Assembly: GCF_009914755.1 (NCBI RefSeq)
Contig: NC_060932.1
From: the human T2T-CHM13v2.0 reference genome, Homo sapiens
Reading direction: 5' to 3' (one strand)
Length of the DNA stretch: 64,000 bases
In this document: positions 46,427 to 60,209 of the stretch, one piece after another
Numbering within the stretch: the first letter of the stretch is position 1
Layout of the letters: each line of letters opens with the position of its first letter
Notes under the pieces: generated by a model
Seen by the model: only the letters and a program-made list of their open reading frames with translations
The model's database searches: none
Told to the model about the DNA's origin: nothing
Made by a program: the position numbers and the translations under genes

Positions 46427-46770
46427 CAAGTGGAGATTTGTACCCGAAGCATCGAATCTGTATAGGAATCAAGCACATGGAAAAATCTTTGATTCCTCCA
46501 GTGTCTTGGATCTCAAGGAAAGCTCCAGCCTCAGCCTTGGTGGAGGCAGCAGCCCCGGGCTCAGAGAAGGAAGGTATTCAGATGACAGGATTCAGACATC
46601 TCAGGATGACCAAAGAGTATCCAACCATTCACCAAGGAGCAGAAGCTTCCCTATCACTGACAGACAGTACTTCCTGCGGTGTCCCCAGCATCCCCCAGAA
46701 ACTGTGGACAAGGCACAAGAAGAAGTCTGAATATGTGAAAGCCAGCAACAGCGCCTTTGAGGTCGACTAA
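46427..46770 (+). pseudogene. VXN: Vexin (VXN/C8orf46) retrocopy, C-terminal half, frameshifted
   Basis: Translation KSLIPPV..QGAEASL..SCGVP..WTRHKKKSEYVKASNSAFEVD* aligns with recalled human vexin (KSLIPPV..QGAEASL..SCGVP..WTRHKKKSEYVGATNSAFEAD*). The upstream frame PEASNLYRNQAHGK matches PKTSNLCGNRAYGK across an extra A at 46481-46485. The symbol names the parent gene. Confidence 0.88.
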
Positions 46771-47405
46771 CGGTGACCCTCCCCGGGTACCCTGCACTGG
46801 CTGAGGTTGACTAGACAAGGGGAGAAGGGCCAGGACTGGAGCTGAGCCACACTCATTTCTGCTAGCAGCTTGGTGCAAACATATCATCCTCTCTCACTAA
46901 CTGATCACCCTGCCTTAGGACACAGAAAAGGAACATCCCTTGAAGGCAAAATGAAACTGTTCCTTCTTAGAACTGCTAAAGCTGTTGGCCAGAAAGTGAC
47001 TTTGAGAGGTCATAAAGTTTATATCTCTATCTTCAAGCAAAATCACACCTACATGGAACTTTCCCAGCCTAAAGACCTCCAAGGAAGGAAGGCGACAACT
47101 CCCCCGTCTTCCTTGTGAGTTGCTGGTGTTCTAGGGTGTGTAACTTTCTGGTCTTACTGTAAGAGCTTGACCCTGAGGCACTTATAAACACATGGTTCTT
47201 ACCGTTCCTATTATCGCATTTATTTCACCTTGATGAGGTATACTTTTTAAGGAACAAGCATATATCAACTTAGTAGTTCTAGTATCTACTGAAGAGTACC
47301 ATCAAGATTGATTGTGATGGTCATTTGGCATGACTGCATGAATTCTTTATTCTTTTATGTGCAGTTTTTCTATAGAAAAACACTGAAAGTTAAAAGTTGA
47401 AAAAA

Positions 47406-47649
47406 ATAAAACCATGTAGCATTTGCACATAACATATTTACATCTTCCCATATACTTTAAGTCATCTCTAGGTTTCGTATAATACCTAATACAATGTAAA
47501 TGCTATGTAAATAGTTGTTATACTACATGAATAAATAATGACAAGAAACAGATGTCCATACATGTTCAGACACAACATTCTTCCGCATATTTTGATCTGA
47601 GGTTGATTGAATGCATGATGCAGAACCCATAGAAACAGAGAGCTAAGTG
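47406..47649 (+). mobile_element. MER2 3' part
   Basis: gtagcatttgcacataac...tatactttaagtcatctctag...aatgtaaatgctatgtaaatagttgttatact...gcagaacccatagaaacagagagctaagtg|TA. Confidence 0.85.
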
Positions 47650-48041
47650 TATTAGAATTTTTCTCCTGGCTTCCATAAAGCACACCTGTAGGCAATCACA
47701 GTCTAGGGTACAAGAAAGTCCAGTTTTGCCGTTTAATAGGTGTGTGACTTTAAGAAGGGCAATAATAATTCCAGTTCCCACTCAGCTAAGTATAACCTAC
47801 CATCCAGGTCACATTTACTGCCTACTTACTGTCTTTCCAAAACTGTCTAAGCCCCTTCTAACCACTAAATGTTGGTGAGGTATTCCATGAGGTAATGATG
47901 CAGTGAGGCACAGAGATGTTAAAATAACTTGCCCAAGGTGACACAGATAGAAGCAAATCAGACTATCCAATTCAAGGGCACACTCCAACCACTATGCTGC
48001 ACTGCCTCTGGTAACACAGAATATCCTTTAAGAGAAGAACA

Positions 48042-48215
48042 GGGCCAAGTACAATGGCACCCCTGTAGTTCCAGCTATTTGGGAGGCTGAGGGAGGAGGA
48101 TTGTTTGAGGCCAGGAGTTGAAGGCTGCAGTGAGCTATGATGGCGCCTGGGAGTAGTCACTACACTCCAGCCTGGGCAACTGAGCAAGACCCCGTCTTTA
48201 AAAAACAAAAATAAA
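48042..48215 (+). mobile_element. FAM (fossil Alu monomer)
   Basis: Single monomer retaining the 7SL-like gcgcctgggagtagtcactacactccagcc segment; A-rich tail. Confidence 0.75.
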
Positions 48216-49485
48216 GAGGTCAGGTAAGTGAGTCTCCCCCTCCCAACTTCACACTTCTCACTCTCCTGAAATTCTTCAGGAGATCCTAATCAACCACATA
48301 AAACAAGCAAAGTGTAGAGATTATGTAAAATGTTTATTTTTCTTTCCATGCCCTTTTCTCCCCATTGAGTTTCATGGAGATCTGTGTGACTATGGGAGGC
48401 CTCCAGAGATTCAGCAATGGTAAGAAAATATGAGCACATTTTAAAAGAGGAGGGAAGAAGGAGGGAGGATTCCTCCCAAGAGAGTGGTGGCAACTTTACA
48501 ACTTGAAAATGTCTGTGAGCCTGGCTTAAATTTTTATGACACATCTCTACCACACTGGCAGGGGGTGGGGGGTTGGGGACTTGGGTTGTCTTGGATCAAG
48601 ACCCAGTGCTGAGGTAAGCAATGTAGCCAGACTGGCTTGATCAGCTCCTTGTAATCTCCCTGGCGAGGGATGTTTGTCAACTGGAGACCACACCCACTAA
48701 AGAGAACTAATTAGGTTCTAGGGGCAACCACTAAGGTCATCATTATTACCAGGTGAGATCAGTTTCCCAAACATTCCGATCTTAAGACTTGCATGGGGTG
48801 ATTAGGAAGACTGCTCCTTCAGAACCACTGTACCAGAATCTTCAGGCAGCCCTAGAAATCTGAAACCAGGTAATTCTTGACAGACAAGTTTGGGAAACAC
48901 TATTTAGATCATGACATTACAGTATCTAAAAAGATCAAGAAGGGTCTTCTAGGTAGGGTGTCCTCCTTTCAAGCAATTCTCTGTCTAATCCAGGAGGAGA
49001 AGACTATTTTCTATACATAAAAGTCTCCAGAGAACTGGCTTCCAAAATTTCCTTTCAGTATACATAAGAGTCTCAAGTCTGCAGAGCTTTGTGGTCCCTC
49101 TCAAATAGCTCAGGCAAAGGTTAAATCTCCATCCTTCTTCCAACCAGATATTTAAAAAACAATATTTGTTACACAAGTCATCATACTGAAAGTTTTGTTA
49201 ACTCACTTTGGAAAATACGTGAGGGCCTAGAACTGTGCTAAGCCCTCTGGTGCTCTGTTTAAGATAAAGAACTTCACTTATTTCAAAGGTCAGGAAGAAG
49301 AAACAGAAAAGACAACCCACAGAATGAGAGAAGCTATTTGCAAAGCATATATCTGATAGGAGACTTCAACCCAGAATATAAAAACAATGCTTAAAATGTA
49401 AGAGTAAATAGACAAATAATATAATTTAAAAACGGTCAAAGGATCTGAATAGACACTTCTCCAAAGAAAATATACAGATGGCCAA

Positions 49486-49854
49486 TGATATGGTTTGGCT
49501 TTGTCCCCACCCAAAACTCATCTTGAATCGGAACTCCCACAATTCCCATGTGTCGTGTGAGGAAGCCGGTGGAAGGTAATTGAATTACCGGGGTGAGTCT
49601 TTCCAATGCTGTTCTCTTGATTGTAATAGGTCTCAAGAGATCTGATGGCTTTAAAAATGGGAGTTTGCCCACACAAGCTGTCTCTTTGCCTGCTGCCATA
49701 CATGTAAGACATGACTTGATCCTTCTTGCCTTCCACCATGATTGTGAGGCCTCCCCAGCCATGTGGAACTGTAATTCCATTAAACCTCTTTCTTTTGCAA
49801 ATTGCCCAGTCTCAGGAACGTCTTTATCAGCAGTGTGAAAATGGACGAATACGA
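49486..49854 (+). mobile_element. THE1B-like solo LTR
   Basis: tgatatggtttggct...cagtgtgaaaatggacgaatac; TSD gccaa on both sides. Confidence 0.93.
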
Positions 49855-50299
49855 GCCAATAAGCACGTGAAAATATATTCATCATCATTAGTCATTAGAG
49901 AAACGAAAAGTAAAACCACAATGAGATACCACCTCACACCCACTAGAATGGCTACAAAACTTGTATGCTTGTGTTCAGAATGGCATTATTCCTAACTGTC
50001 AAAAGTGGAAACAACCCATCAACTGATGAATGGATAAATAAAATGTGACCCATCTAGTCAATGGCATACTATTCAGCAATAACAAGGAATGAAGTACTAA
50101 CACACGCTACTTCATGGATGAGCACTGAAAACATGAGGAAAAAGCCAGCTACAAAAGGCCACATTTTGTATTGTTTCATTTACATGATATGTGCAGAACA
50201 GCAAAATCCAGACTCAGAAAATAGATTAGTGGTTGCCTGTGATGAGGGATAGGAGCAATGGGGAGAGGTGGCAACTCATGGGTCTGGAATTTTTGGGGG

Positions 50300-50621
<322 letters not shown>

Positions 50622-50841
50622 TGATGAATATGCTCTAAAATTGACTATGGTGATGGGTGCACAACTCCATGAACATACTAAAAATCAATGAGTGTACACT
50701 TTAAATGGGTGAATCGTATAGTATGTGAATATCTCAATAAAGTTGTTTAAAAAAAGGATCCCATTTAATCTCCATGAGCCTCAATTTCACCCTCTGAAAA
50801 TGGAGACACCACCTACCTTTCAATACTATAAAGGATATATA

Positions 50842-51168
<327 letters not shown>

Positions 51169-51789
51169 TCACACATACTATGTTTCACATAGTACCTAGC
51201 CCATAATAAATACTAAATAGATGTCATTCTTTCTCCTCTTCCTATCCCCACGCTTTTGTATTGTTATGCCTTGATACTGTGGTTCCACCACAAATTACAA
51301 AACTCAAAATTAAAATGTATTTCAACAGAGGTCTAACCATGAGAATTTCACACTGCTATCCTCAAGACTACTCCTACATGGCTAACTCTGAAGAAATCCT
51401 GGAGCCTGCGAATGTGACTGTCTACCTTCCAGACTTGTCACTACAGAGTATTTGGGGATAAAGAGTAAGACCTTTTTCCTCTGTTCCACTGCCTTATTAG
51501 AATGTTCCTTATTTCTAACCACTGGACACGGGCACCTTCACTTACCTATCTTTAAAACTCAGCACAATCCTTGCCAATACAGATGCTATTCAGACATTTT
51601 TCCTGTCAATTTCATCTACAATGAAAATCAACTGGGCCTCCAAGACAGCTCTGCAGGTGTCCCCAAAACACCTTAGCTTTGATATATAGCACTGCCCACC
51701 TGATTATTCACTGTGATACTAGGCAGATTCAAAGAGGGCTAGAAATTAGGGAACCACCTACAGCTTGCAACAAAAAGTCAACTGCAGCC

Positions 51790-52077
51790 AGCTGGGCCCA
51801 GTGGCTCACACCTGTAATCCCAGCAATTTGGGAGGCTGAGGGGGACAGATCACCTGAGGTCAGGAGTTTGAGACCAGCCTGGCTAACATGGCGAAACCCC
51901 GTATCTACTAAAAGTACGAAACAGCCAGGCATGATTGGTGCACACCTGCAGTCCCAGCTCCTCTGGAGGCTGAGGCAGGAGAATCGCTTGAGCCCGAGGC
52001 AGAGGTTGCAGTGAGCCGAGATCTTGCCACTGCACTCCAGCCTTGGCGACAGAGTGAGACCCTGTCTCAAAAAAAAT
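51790..52077 (+). mobile_element. Alu (AluS type)
   Basis: Full dimer. Confidence 0.92.
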
Positions 52078-52147
52078 AGAGAGAGAGTGAGAAATGACAG
52101 CCCAGGACAGATAATGCCATCTATTAAAAAAGCACTTTTGCTGTAAA

Positions 52148-52345
52148 GTTGCCCTAATATAGTAGTTACTAGCGGCCTGAAGCTATTTAAATTATCGAAA
52201 TTAAATAAAATTTAAAATTCAGTTCTTAAATCTCACTAGCCACATTTCACATGCTTAGCAGCCACATGTAGCTACTGACTATCTTATTGGACAGGGCAAA
52301 TATGGGACATTTCCATCATAGTAAAAGCTCTATTGAACAATGCTG
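52148..52345. mobile_element. MER3-like hAT MITE
   Basis: aaattaaataaaatttaaaattcagttc...cactagccacatttc...catttccatcat...ctattgaacaatgctg. Confidence 0.75.
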
Positions 52346-52590
52346 ATTCAGGCAGTAACTGCATCGATTCTATAAAGTTCACAAGTTCTGAGTTCTTAGG
52401 TACTGTAGTTTCAGTATTTGCTGATTGTGAAGTTTGACTCGCACTAGTACGATCCAAGTGAGGTTTGCCTAGGTCAGTGGACAAGGTTTTTTGGAGTGTA
52501 CACTGAGCTCAGCACGAGGTAAGCACTTAATATTTGCTGAATGCTTAAATCAACAGCATAATAATATCTGTACTTCAGACTCTGCCTTGA

Positions 52591-52957
<367 letters not shown>

Positions 52958-54164
52958 AAGGGAGATTTTTATAGGGAGATATAAGCATCAGCGGGTGGGG
53001 AAGGTGGCTGACAGACCTTTTGTAGCCACTAGAAATGAATCGGCGAAACATAAAAATCTGCCCAAAAGTAACTTTGCTATTCAAACAAAGTTTCAGATGC
53101 AAGAAATATCTTGCCTCTTCAAACACTCACTACTTGCACCTTGTAGGGACATGAAGGCAGAGTCAGAGGAGACACTCTGGAAGATCACAAAGCCTGCTGT
53201 CAATTTCCAAGCATTTTTCCAATATAACTTCGCCAGAAAATAACACAGTCACGAAGACAGCAGCCATCTAATGGCATCGTCTGTGCCATCACTCTTATAC
53301 CTAAATTTCCGCTCTCCTAGTGTCCTATGACTCAATCAAAACTGTGCCTATCAAATAACTTCTTGAAAGTACAAGTTTTTGAAAATCTACATTCAAAAAA
53401 GCATGTAAGTTTCCATATACAGAGAAAAGCAGTTCCACTGGCCCTTAACCAGTAATCTCCTAGAGGCCAAACAAAAGAAGCTACAGCTGCTTCTATTAAA
53501 ATTTTCTACTTCTCTTGTCCACAGACCAAACAGGCATAAGAAAACCAAGCTGCTCGATTTCTATAATTCACTTTTTCTTAGCAAAGGTCTGAGAACAGAA
53601 GGCCAGGGAAACAGGGAGCAGCTGCCGCCTGGTCTTATGAATGCCCTCGGCTCATTCCCCATCCTCCTCCTCATTGTTTCAAGCTCCTTTTCTTAACAAT
53701 CTCTAAGCCCCAGCTCATGGGAAGAAATAACAAGGAAAAGCAGCCTTCACTGTGTCAACACCCTCTGTGGTTGAAGCATCTAGATCACTTCTCTGAGGTG
53801 ATGCAATTAGAAATTAAATTAGAAATTAAAAAGAAATTAAAATACATTCCATTTTAATTTGTTAATCTGCTTTATTGTGAATTCCAATTAATGACACATA
53901 ACTACGTGGAACTCCTTACATGTGGTCCTACAGAGATCCTTTTAGACACCCCAGGGGTTTTGTTGTTGTTGTTTAATTACACCATTTCTATCTCTTGAGC
54001 CAAACAACAAATCTGGTCCCACTATTAAGCCAACAAATGTATAATGGTCGGTGATGAATTAGTCATCCAATATTCAGATTCCAAGACTCGAATAATCTAA
54101 ATATTAGAGCCAAAGAGCTCAGTTTCTGCAACACGCAATGCTAACTTTGAGACATAAAAACAGA

Positions 54165-54818
<654 letters not shown>

Positions 54819-57800
54819 TTAATTTTCCCAGTTATCCTAAATCCCTAACTCCAATAATAATCTTTTAAAAATATCCTTCAACATGTATAAATTATTCTGA
54901 TTCATCTCACTGATGTACACTCAGAGGAAAGGGAATTTCAAACCAGATGGCTCAGGAGTGAGTGGTCCTCAAGTAAGCCTCAAGGAGTGAGTGGTCTGCC
55001 ATGGCCGCAGCCTGACATGCAGGAAGGGGAGAAGAGCGGGCGGATCCCTCACACCACCGGTGTCACCAAGAGAGAAAATGCTCTGCCACCTCTGTGCCCT
55101 GATGTGTCAACAAAGTCCCTCCCCACTAGGCACCAACTGGGCCCAAGTTTGTTGACCTTCTGGGCGCAGTGAAAAACCTTTCTTTTGGTAGAGCAAACAA
55201 GCACTGCAGGGACATGCACTGTTTTTATATAAATAAGATAGCACACGCAAAGATTCATTATTAATGTTGAGTTATGCCTTATTTTCAAATGAGGCATGGA
55301 CATTTGGTAATTTGGATTTAAGAATAACTTGTTAACTATATGCTGCAAATTATCCTTTTTCTCCATTGTAAATTGCAACAGCCACTACAACACTACTTAA
55401 TTTGGAGCTTGTGAAAAATGTCCTTGAAAGATGGTCAACGTAACTCAGAAACACTCTTTGAAAAAATAATGCCACCACTTAAATTCTTTCCAGCAAATCC
55501 CTGAGTCTGCATACAATATCACAAACAACACAAGCTGTCAAGATATGGGCACTCCGAACAAATGCTCTGGAGAATTTCACATGGATCCTGTACTCTCCTA
55601 AATGAAAGCCAGGCTGGTTTAACTGTAAAAGAACTAGGAAGAACTGAGAGGCAATATTCAAAGTGAAAACACTTCCACTCTTAGCAAAGGGAAGCCAAGG
55701 ACCTCTGTGCTTGGCCCAGACGGTCCGGGAAGAACCCCTAAATGGTGAGAATCACAACAGCAGTAATTCAAGGTCACACTAGATCCCCAGCCTCCTATAA
55801 GCCTGATTCACATACTAAACTCCACAGACTTTGGTCACCAGATTATTTTTTACAGTCTGACCCAACTTCAATCATGTCTGAATTCCTTTCCAAAAATTGG
55901 AAACGATCACTATCCATAACTCACCTCCCAATCCAACCCAAACCCAAAGACACTCTTTTCATAATGTCCAAATGACATTACCCCATGTAAACCTCAAACA
56001 AACCAGTCTTTAAGCCAAAGCAGATACACATTTTAATATTCACATGGTTTTGCCTCAGCATCTCTTAACCAAGACTGCAATTAACCTATCACCACACTGG
56101 TGTCTTAGTTTATGAATAATGCATGACAAATCACACCTGAATTTCTATAAAAGAAAAAAAATCACCTCCAAAAGTAGTAGTACCATGGACATGTTTTTTC
56201 AATGTAATGCCACGCTAAATTCCACTCAAATAATTTTCCATCAGGGCTGGCAAACAAATATGTAAATATCAAGGTTTTAGAAAGAGGGCAGAGCCATTGA
56301 CTGAAAGTACCTTTAAATTTTTCTTTTTCAATGAGCTACTTCCATCTTACTTTATTTTTTTATTTCCAAATTCCCAAGATTTACTAGCCTGTAAGAATTT
56401 CCAAGGTTACTCAATTTTTTAAATTACTAGTATCTGATTAAAAGCAGAATTGAATTGCTTAAGTGCAATGTACATAATAAGGTATATGTTATTCTTTGGT
56501 CACAAATGAACAGTGTCAACAAAACTTTCTTTAAAGAAAACACACATTAAGATTGGCAAATCAAGCTTCTTATGCTCGCATTTAAAAAAAAAAAAACAAC
56601 AACAACATTCAACCACGGAATTTGGCCGTAATAAGGTTATTTTAGCTTTGTAGCTCTAATCACTCTCCCACATTCAATGGTCAGGATAAGAGTGCTGATC
56701 CATTCACAGAACACACAAACAGATATTTAGAATGTTAAATTAAGAGTACATCACTGAATAAGTAATGCATAAAACGTGTCTAGGCATGGAAATATCAAAT
56801 GGTAGGGCTAGAAGGCTCTGAAAGAGCATCTACCTAATCCCCTCACCCTACCAGGAAACTGTAGCGACAGAAGTTAAATAATTTGCCCAAGACGGTGGCA
56901 AAAACTCACCCAGTCAGTGGCAAAGCCTCTAAGCTAGGTGTCCTACCTACAGATCCAAGTCCCTTTCTTGATACCACTCTACTCCTTTTAGTACAAAAAG
57001 CTTCTATTAATGAAATATCTTACAAGACAAATCACTTGTGGATGGATATAAAAAGGTTGTGGAAGGACATCCAGCCAGCCACTAAAAACTGGTTGAAAAG
57101 GTGCTAATTTATTTTGCATTTGCTTAACTGGTGATGTTGAGCATGTTGCACTTTTAACTGCTGAAGAGGAATTTCATGACTTTTTGAAAAGAAAACCTCT
57201 TGGTTTGTAAATACTCTCAGAAAAGAAAGGATCATTTCTTGGAAAAGGGTAGAAAGTGAATTCCCTTTCCTTTAGCAGGGGACATCCTTTCCCTCACATC
57301 TCACAAAAATCCAATCAACCCCTCCCTTTCAAGGTCCAGCATAACTGCCAGCTCCTCTCTGAGAACTTCCAAGCCCGGAGGCCAGAAGCTTCCTCTGAGA
57401 TCCTCCATGGTAGCCTACGCATAAGTCTCTCCCAGGCAAGCTCTCAAGCACGCTTCTTGAAAGCAGAAATCCTATCCTACTTACCTAGCTACCGGGCTTT
57501 GCAAAATCCTTTGCACATACTCAATTACAACGAACGCATTGAGGCATTTGTTGCCAGAATCCCACTTACAGTAATTTTCCAGATCTCCGTCTTCCCTACA
57601 CCAACACCTGGACCCACTCAAGAGTTATTCTGGAGCGGAAATCCTGGATCCCGCTATCGGGAGAACCAGTGTCTAGAAAATGAAATCGTGGTGCCCATTC
57701 CATCCTCTGCCTAGTGGGCGTTTAACATCCTTTGACATCGAGGGGAATGGCAAAACGAAACATTTATTATTTAGGTCACCAACAACATTCTAAACCCACG

Positions 57801-58376
57801 TCCTCTAATCGGTGTTAATGTGTTTAAAAAAAAAATTCAGAACATCATTCGCCAGAACGGAAAGCTGAAAACGGCGGATAAAGTTAAATGCATGTAAAAC
57901 AGAATGACTTAAACATCTGTAAAAGCTCCTGGGAATTGCACCGAATAATCTTCCCTTGTCCGTTTGCTCGCTCAATTCAAGTTTGTTTAGTTTAGTCTTT
58001 TTTTCTTTCTTTCTGACAGAAACGTGATAGTCCCTAAATACAAGCTGACCGGGCAAAGAAAGATCGGCATACGAGGTCCTCTTTCATGTTGCCTTCTTTT
58101 GATAGCTTTTCTCCAAAGTCTGAGGTTTTCAAAGCCGAGGTATGAACTAAAACCCCTAAACCTTAACACCACAAAGTTGACCCTGCTGGGCTCCTAAAAA
58201 ACACAAAGCAAGCAAGCGCGAAGAGAAAAATCGCACCCTGCACCTATCCAGACAGCACAAACCCAGGTGGCCCCGGGATCCTGGGGGACAGAGCGGCGAC
58301 AAAGCAACACAAACCCCACGTCGAACAGCGGCGCCGCGTGCGCACCCCGCGCCCGCGCCCCGGCCCCGGAGCTCAC

Positions 58377-58600
58377 CGCTGCGCTCCTTCCTTCCATCTT
58401 CCATCGCCAGCCCGGCCGCGCGCCGAAACCGCCGCCGGGCGCTCCGGGGCCGCAGCCTCAGGGCGCGAGTGCCGGCGGCCAGCGCCGCGTGCTCTTTGTT
58501 GAGCTCCCGGGACTGCCGAGAGGCGGCGGCCCGCGCGCACCCTGGCGGAGGCTGGCGAGGCTGCGAGCCCGCGGCAGCCGCCCGCCCGGCCCCCAGTAAC
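58377..58600 (-). other. Probable first exon of an unidentified minus-strand gene (TSS approximate)
   Basis: Donor GCG|GTGAGC (intron starts 58376); ATGs at 58404 (GCGATGG) and 58397 (AAGATGG); GC boxes lie on the higher-coordinate side. Confidence 0.65.
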
Positions 58601-58750
58601 GTCAAAGCGAAGGCGGCGCAGGCGGGCCGGCGGTGGCGGGCCCGGGGGGCGGAGGGCGGAGGGCGGAGAGGCGGGGCCGACGCCTCGGGGAGGGGGGAGG
58701 TGGCTGGGCCTCCGAGGCGGGGGCGGGGTCTCCAGGGCAGGGGCGGGGCC
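58597..58750. promoter_or_regulatory. CRE-like site plus Sp/KLF GC-box cluster
   Basis: TGACGTTA (minus strand, 58597-58604); (GGGCGGA)x3 at ~58647-58667; GGGGCGGGG at ~58719 and ~58740. Confidence 0.6.
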
Positions 58751-59841
58751 TCCGGGGGAGGCTGGAGGCGATCCAGACCCTCGCAGTGCAGCCCTCGAGC
58801 GGCCCGGACCGTCCGCTGCCTCCGGCAGCCGCGCGCCCGCCCTGGGCCCAGCCTCCAGCCCGCGAGCGAAAACCTGCCTGTTGCTTTGTCTTCTTCCTTC
58901 ACAGTTTTCCCACCCTGAGAAAAGTGAGAGGTGCTTTCCCTGGTGTTTCCTCTCAGGAAGGGCCGTGTGACTGGAGCCGCGAGTTGGGCGCCGTCTCGCC
59001 GGGGCTGGAGGTACGCGGGCTTCGGGACACGCACCTAGGCGTCCCTCGGGGTCCCGGCCTCTCTGACCGGGCTCCCCCGGCACCGATCCGCGGCCGGAGC
59101 GTTTAGTCCCGGGGACCCGTCGAGCCCTGAAAGGGCCATTTCCCCCTGAGGCGAGTCCCCCCAGGCGCCCCGCAGCCTGGCCTCGGGACTGCCCCCACCG
59201 ACAGTGCGTGCGCGGGGAGAGGTCACTTAAAACTGCATTTTCGAACATTAGTGCCCCGGACCCGCACCTTTTTTCCTCCGTCCTTTGATCTGTGCCGCAG
59301 AGGCAAGGGCTGGAACGGCGCCCTCCCCTGGTAGAGGGACGGAGAGACCGCAAATCTTTCCCCCTGGGAGGTCCGTTAAGTAGATCCAAGCACCTGGAGG
59401 CGGAACCTGTGTGGCCGGCTACAGGGTGGTCCTGTGTATGTGTTACCGCCTTATTGTTCCAAAGAACAGTCTTTTTCAAGTGACAGGTAGAAGACGCCCC
59501 AATAACGAGAAGTGACTGACTTGGCCAAGCTTAGAGATGGGAGTGGAGTCAGGTTCCCTGGTGGCCCCACGATCTCGCCCACCATGTCAGCATGGGCTGC
59601 CCGGTGAGCATAGCTGAGATGCACCAAGGCCACATAAGTCACCTACTTTGCCTTGGCTGCCCCATCTGCATCTATCAAAGGAAGCCTTGGACACCCACCA
59701 GAGGAGCCAGCATGAGGGAGTGTATGCCTTTATACAAATTCACTCCAACTTCAGAAAAACGTCCGCAGCTCATGCTCCCCCTGCCAGAGCAGCAGTGTGA
59801 GCAGCTGTGTAGGTTTGGAAGCACCCCAGTCACTTGGGCAT

Positions 59842-60209
59842 TGATATGGTTTGGCTGTATCCCCACCCAAATCTCATCTTGAATTGTAAGTCCCGCAGTT
59901 CCCAGGTGTGTGGGAGGAACCTTGTGGGAGGTGATTGAATTATGGGGGCGGGTCTTTCCTGGGCTGTTCTCGTCATAGTGAATGAGTCTCACGAGATCTG
60001 AAGATTTTAAAAATGGGAGCGCTTGTTGCACAAGCTCTCTCTTGGCCTACTGCCATCCGCTTAAGATGTGACATGCTCCTCCTTGCTTTACGCCATGATT
60101 GTGAGGCCTCCCAACCATGTGGAACTGCAAGTCCAATAAACCTCTTTCATTTGTAAACTGCCCAGTCTCCGGTGTGTCTTTATCAGCAGTGTGAAAATGG
60201 ACGAATACA
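59842..60209 (+). mobile_element. THE1B-like solo LTR
   Basis: tgatatggtttggctg...gtgaaaatggacgaataca; perfect TSD ggcat. Confidence 0.94.

Larger units (their letters stand above)
58130..59420. promoter_or_regulatory. CpG-island promoter
   Basis: Abrupt rise in GC and CpG density; the only such region in the window. Confidence 0.92.

Noticed and set aside
46411-46770. The 119-aa ORF as the real VXN gene or a novel gene
   Set aside because: It has a TTG start, lacks the vexin N-terminal half, has a frameshift and is clearly diverged from vexin, which fits a retrocopy.
49436-49888. 150-aa minus-strand ORF
   Set aside because: Entirely THE1B and L1 sequence.
58377-58600. Naming the host gene
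   Set aside because: I do not recognise MEDGRKERS, MEGRSAA or the UTR, and no downstream coding exon is identifiable in the window. BLAT is needed.
58156-59479. 368-aa, 292-aa and other long ORFs over the CpG island
   Set aside because: GC-rich DNA lacks stop codons. The products are low-complexity R/G/P/A, occur in several frames on both strands and have no recognisable homology.
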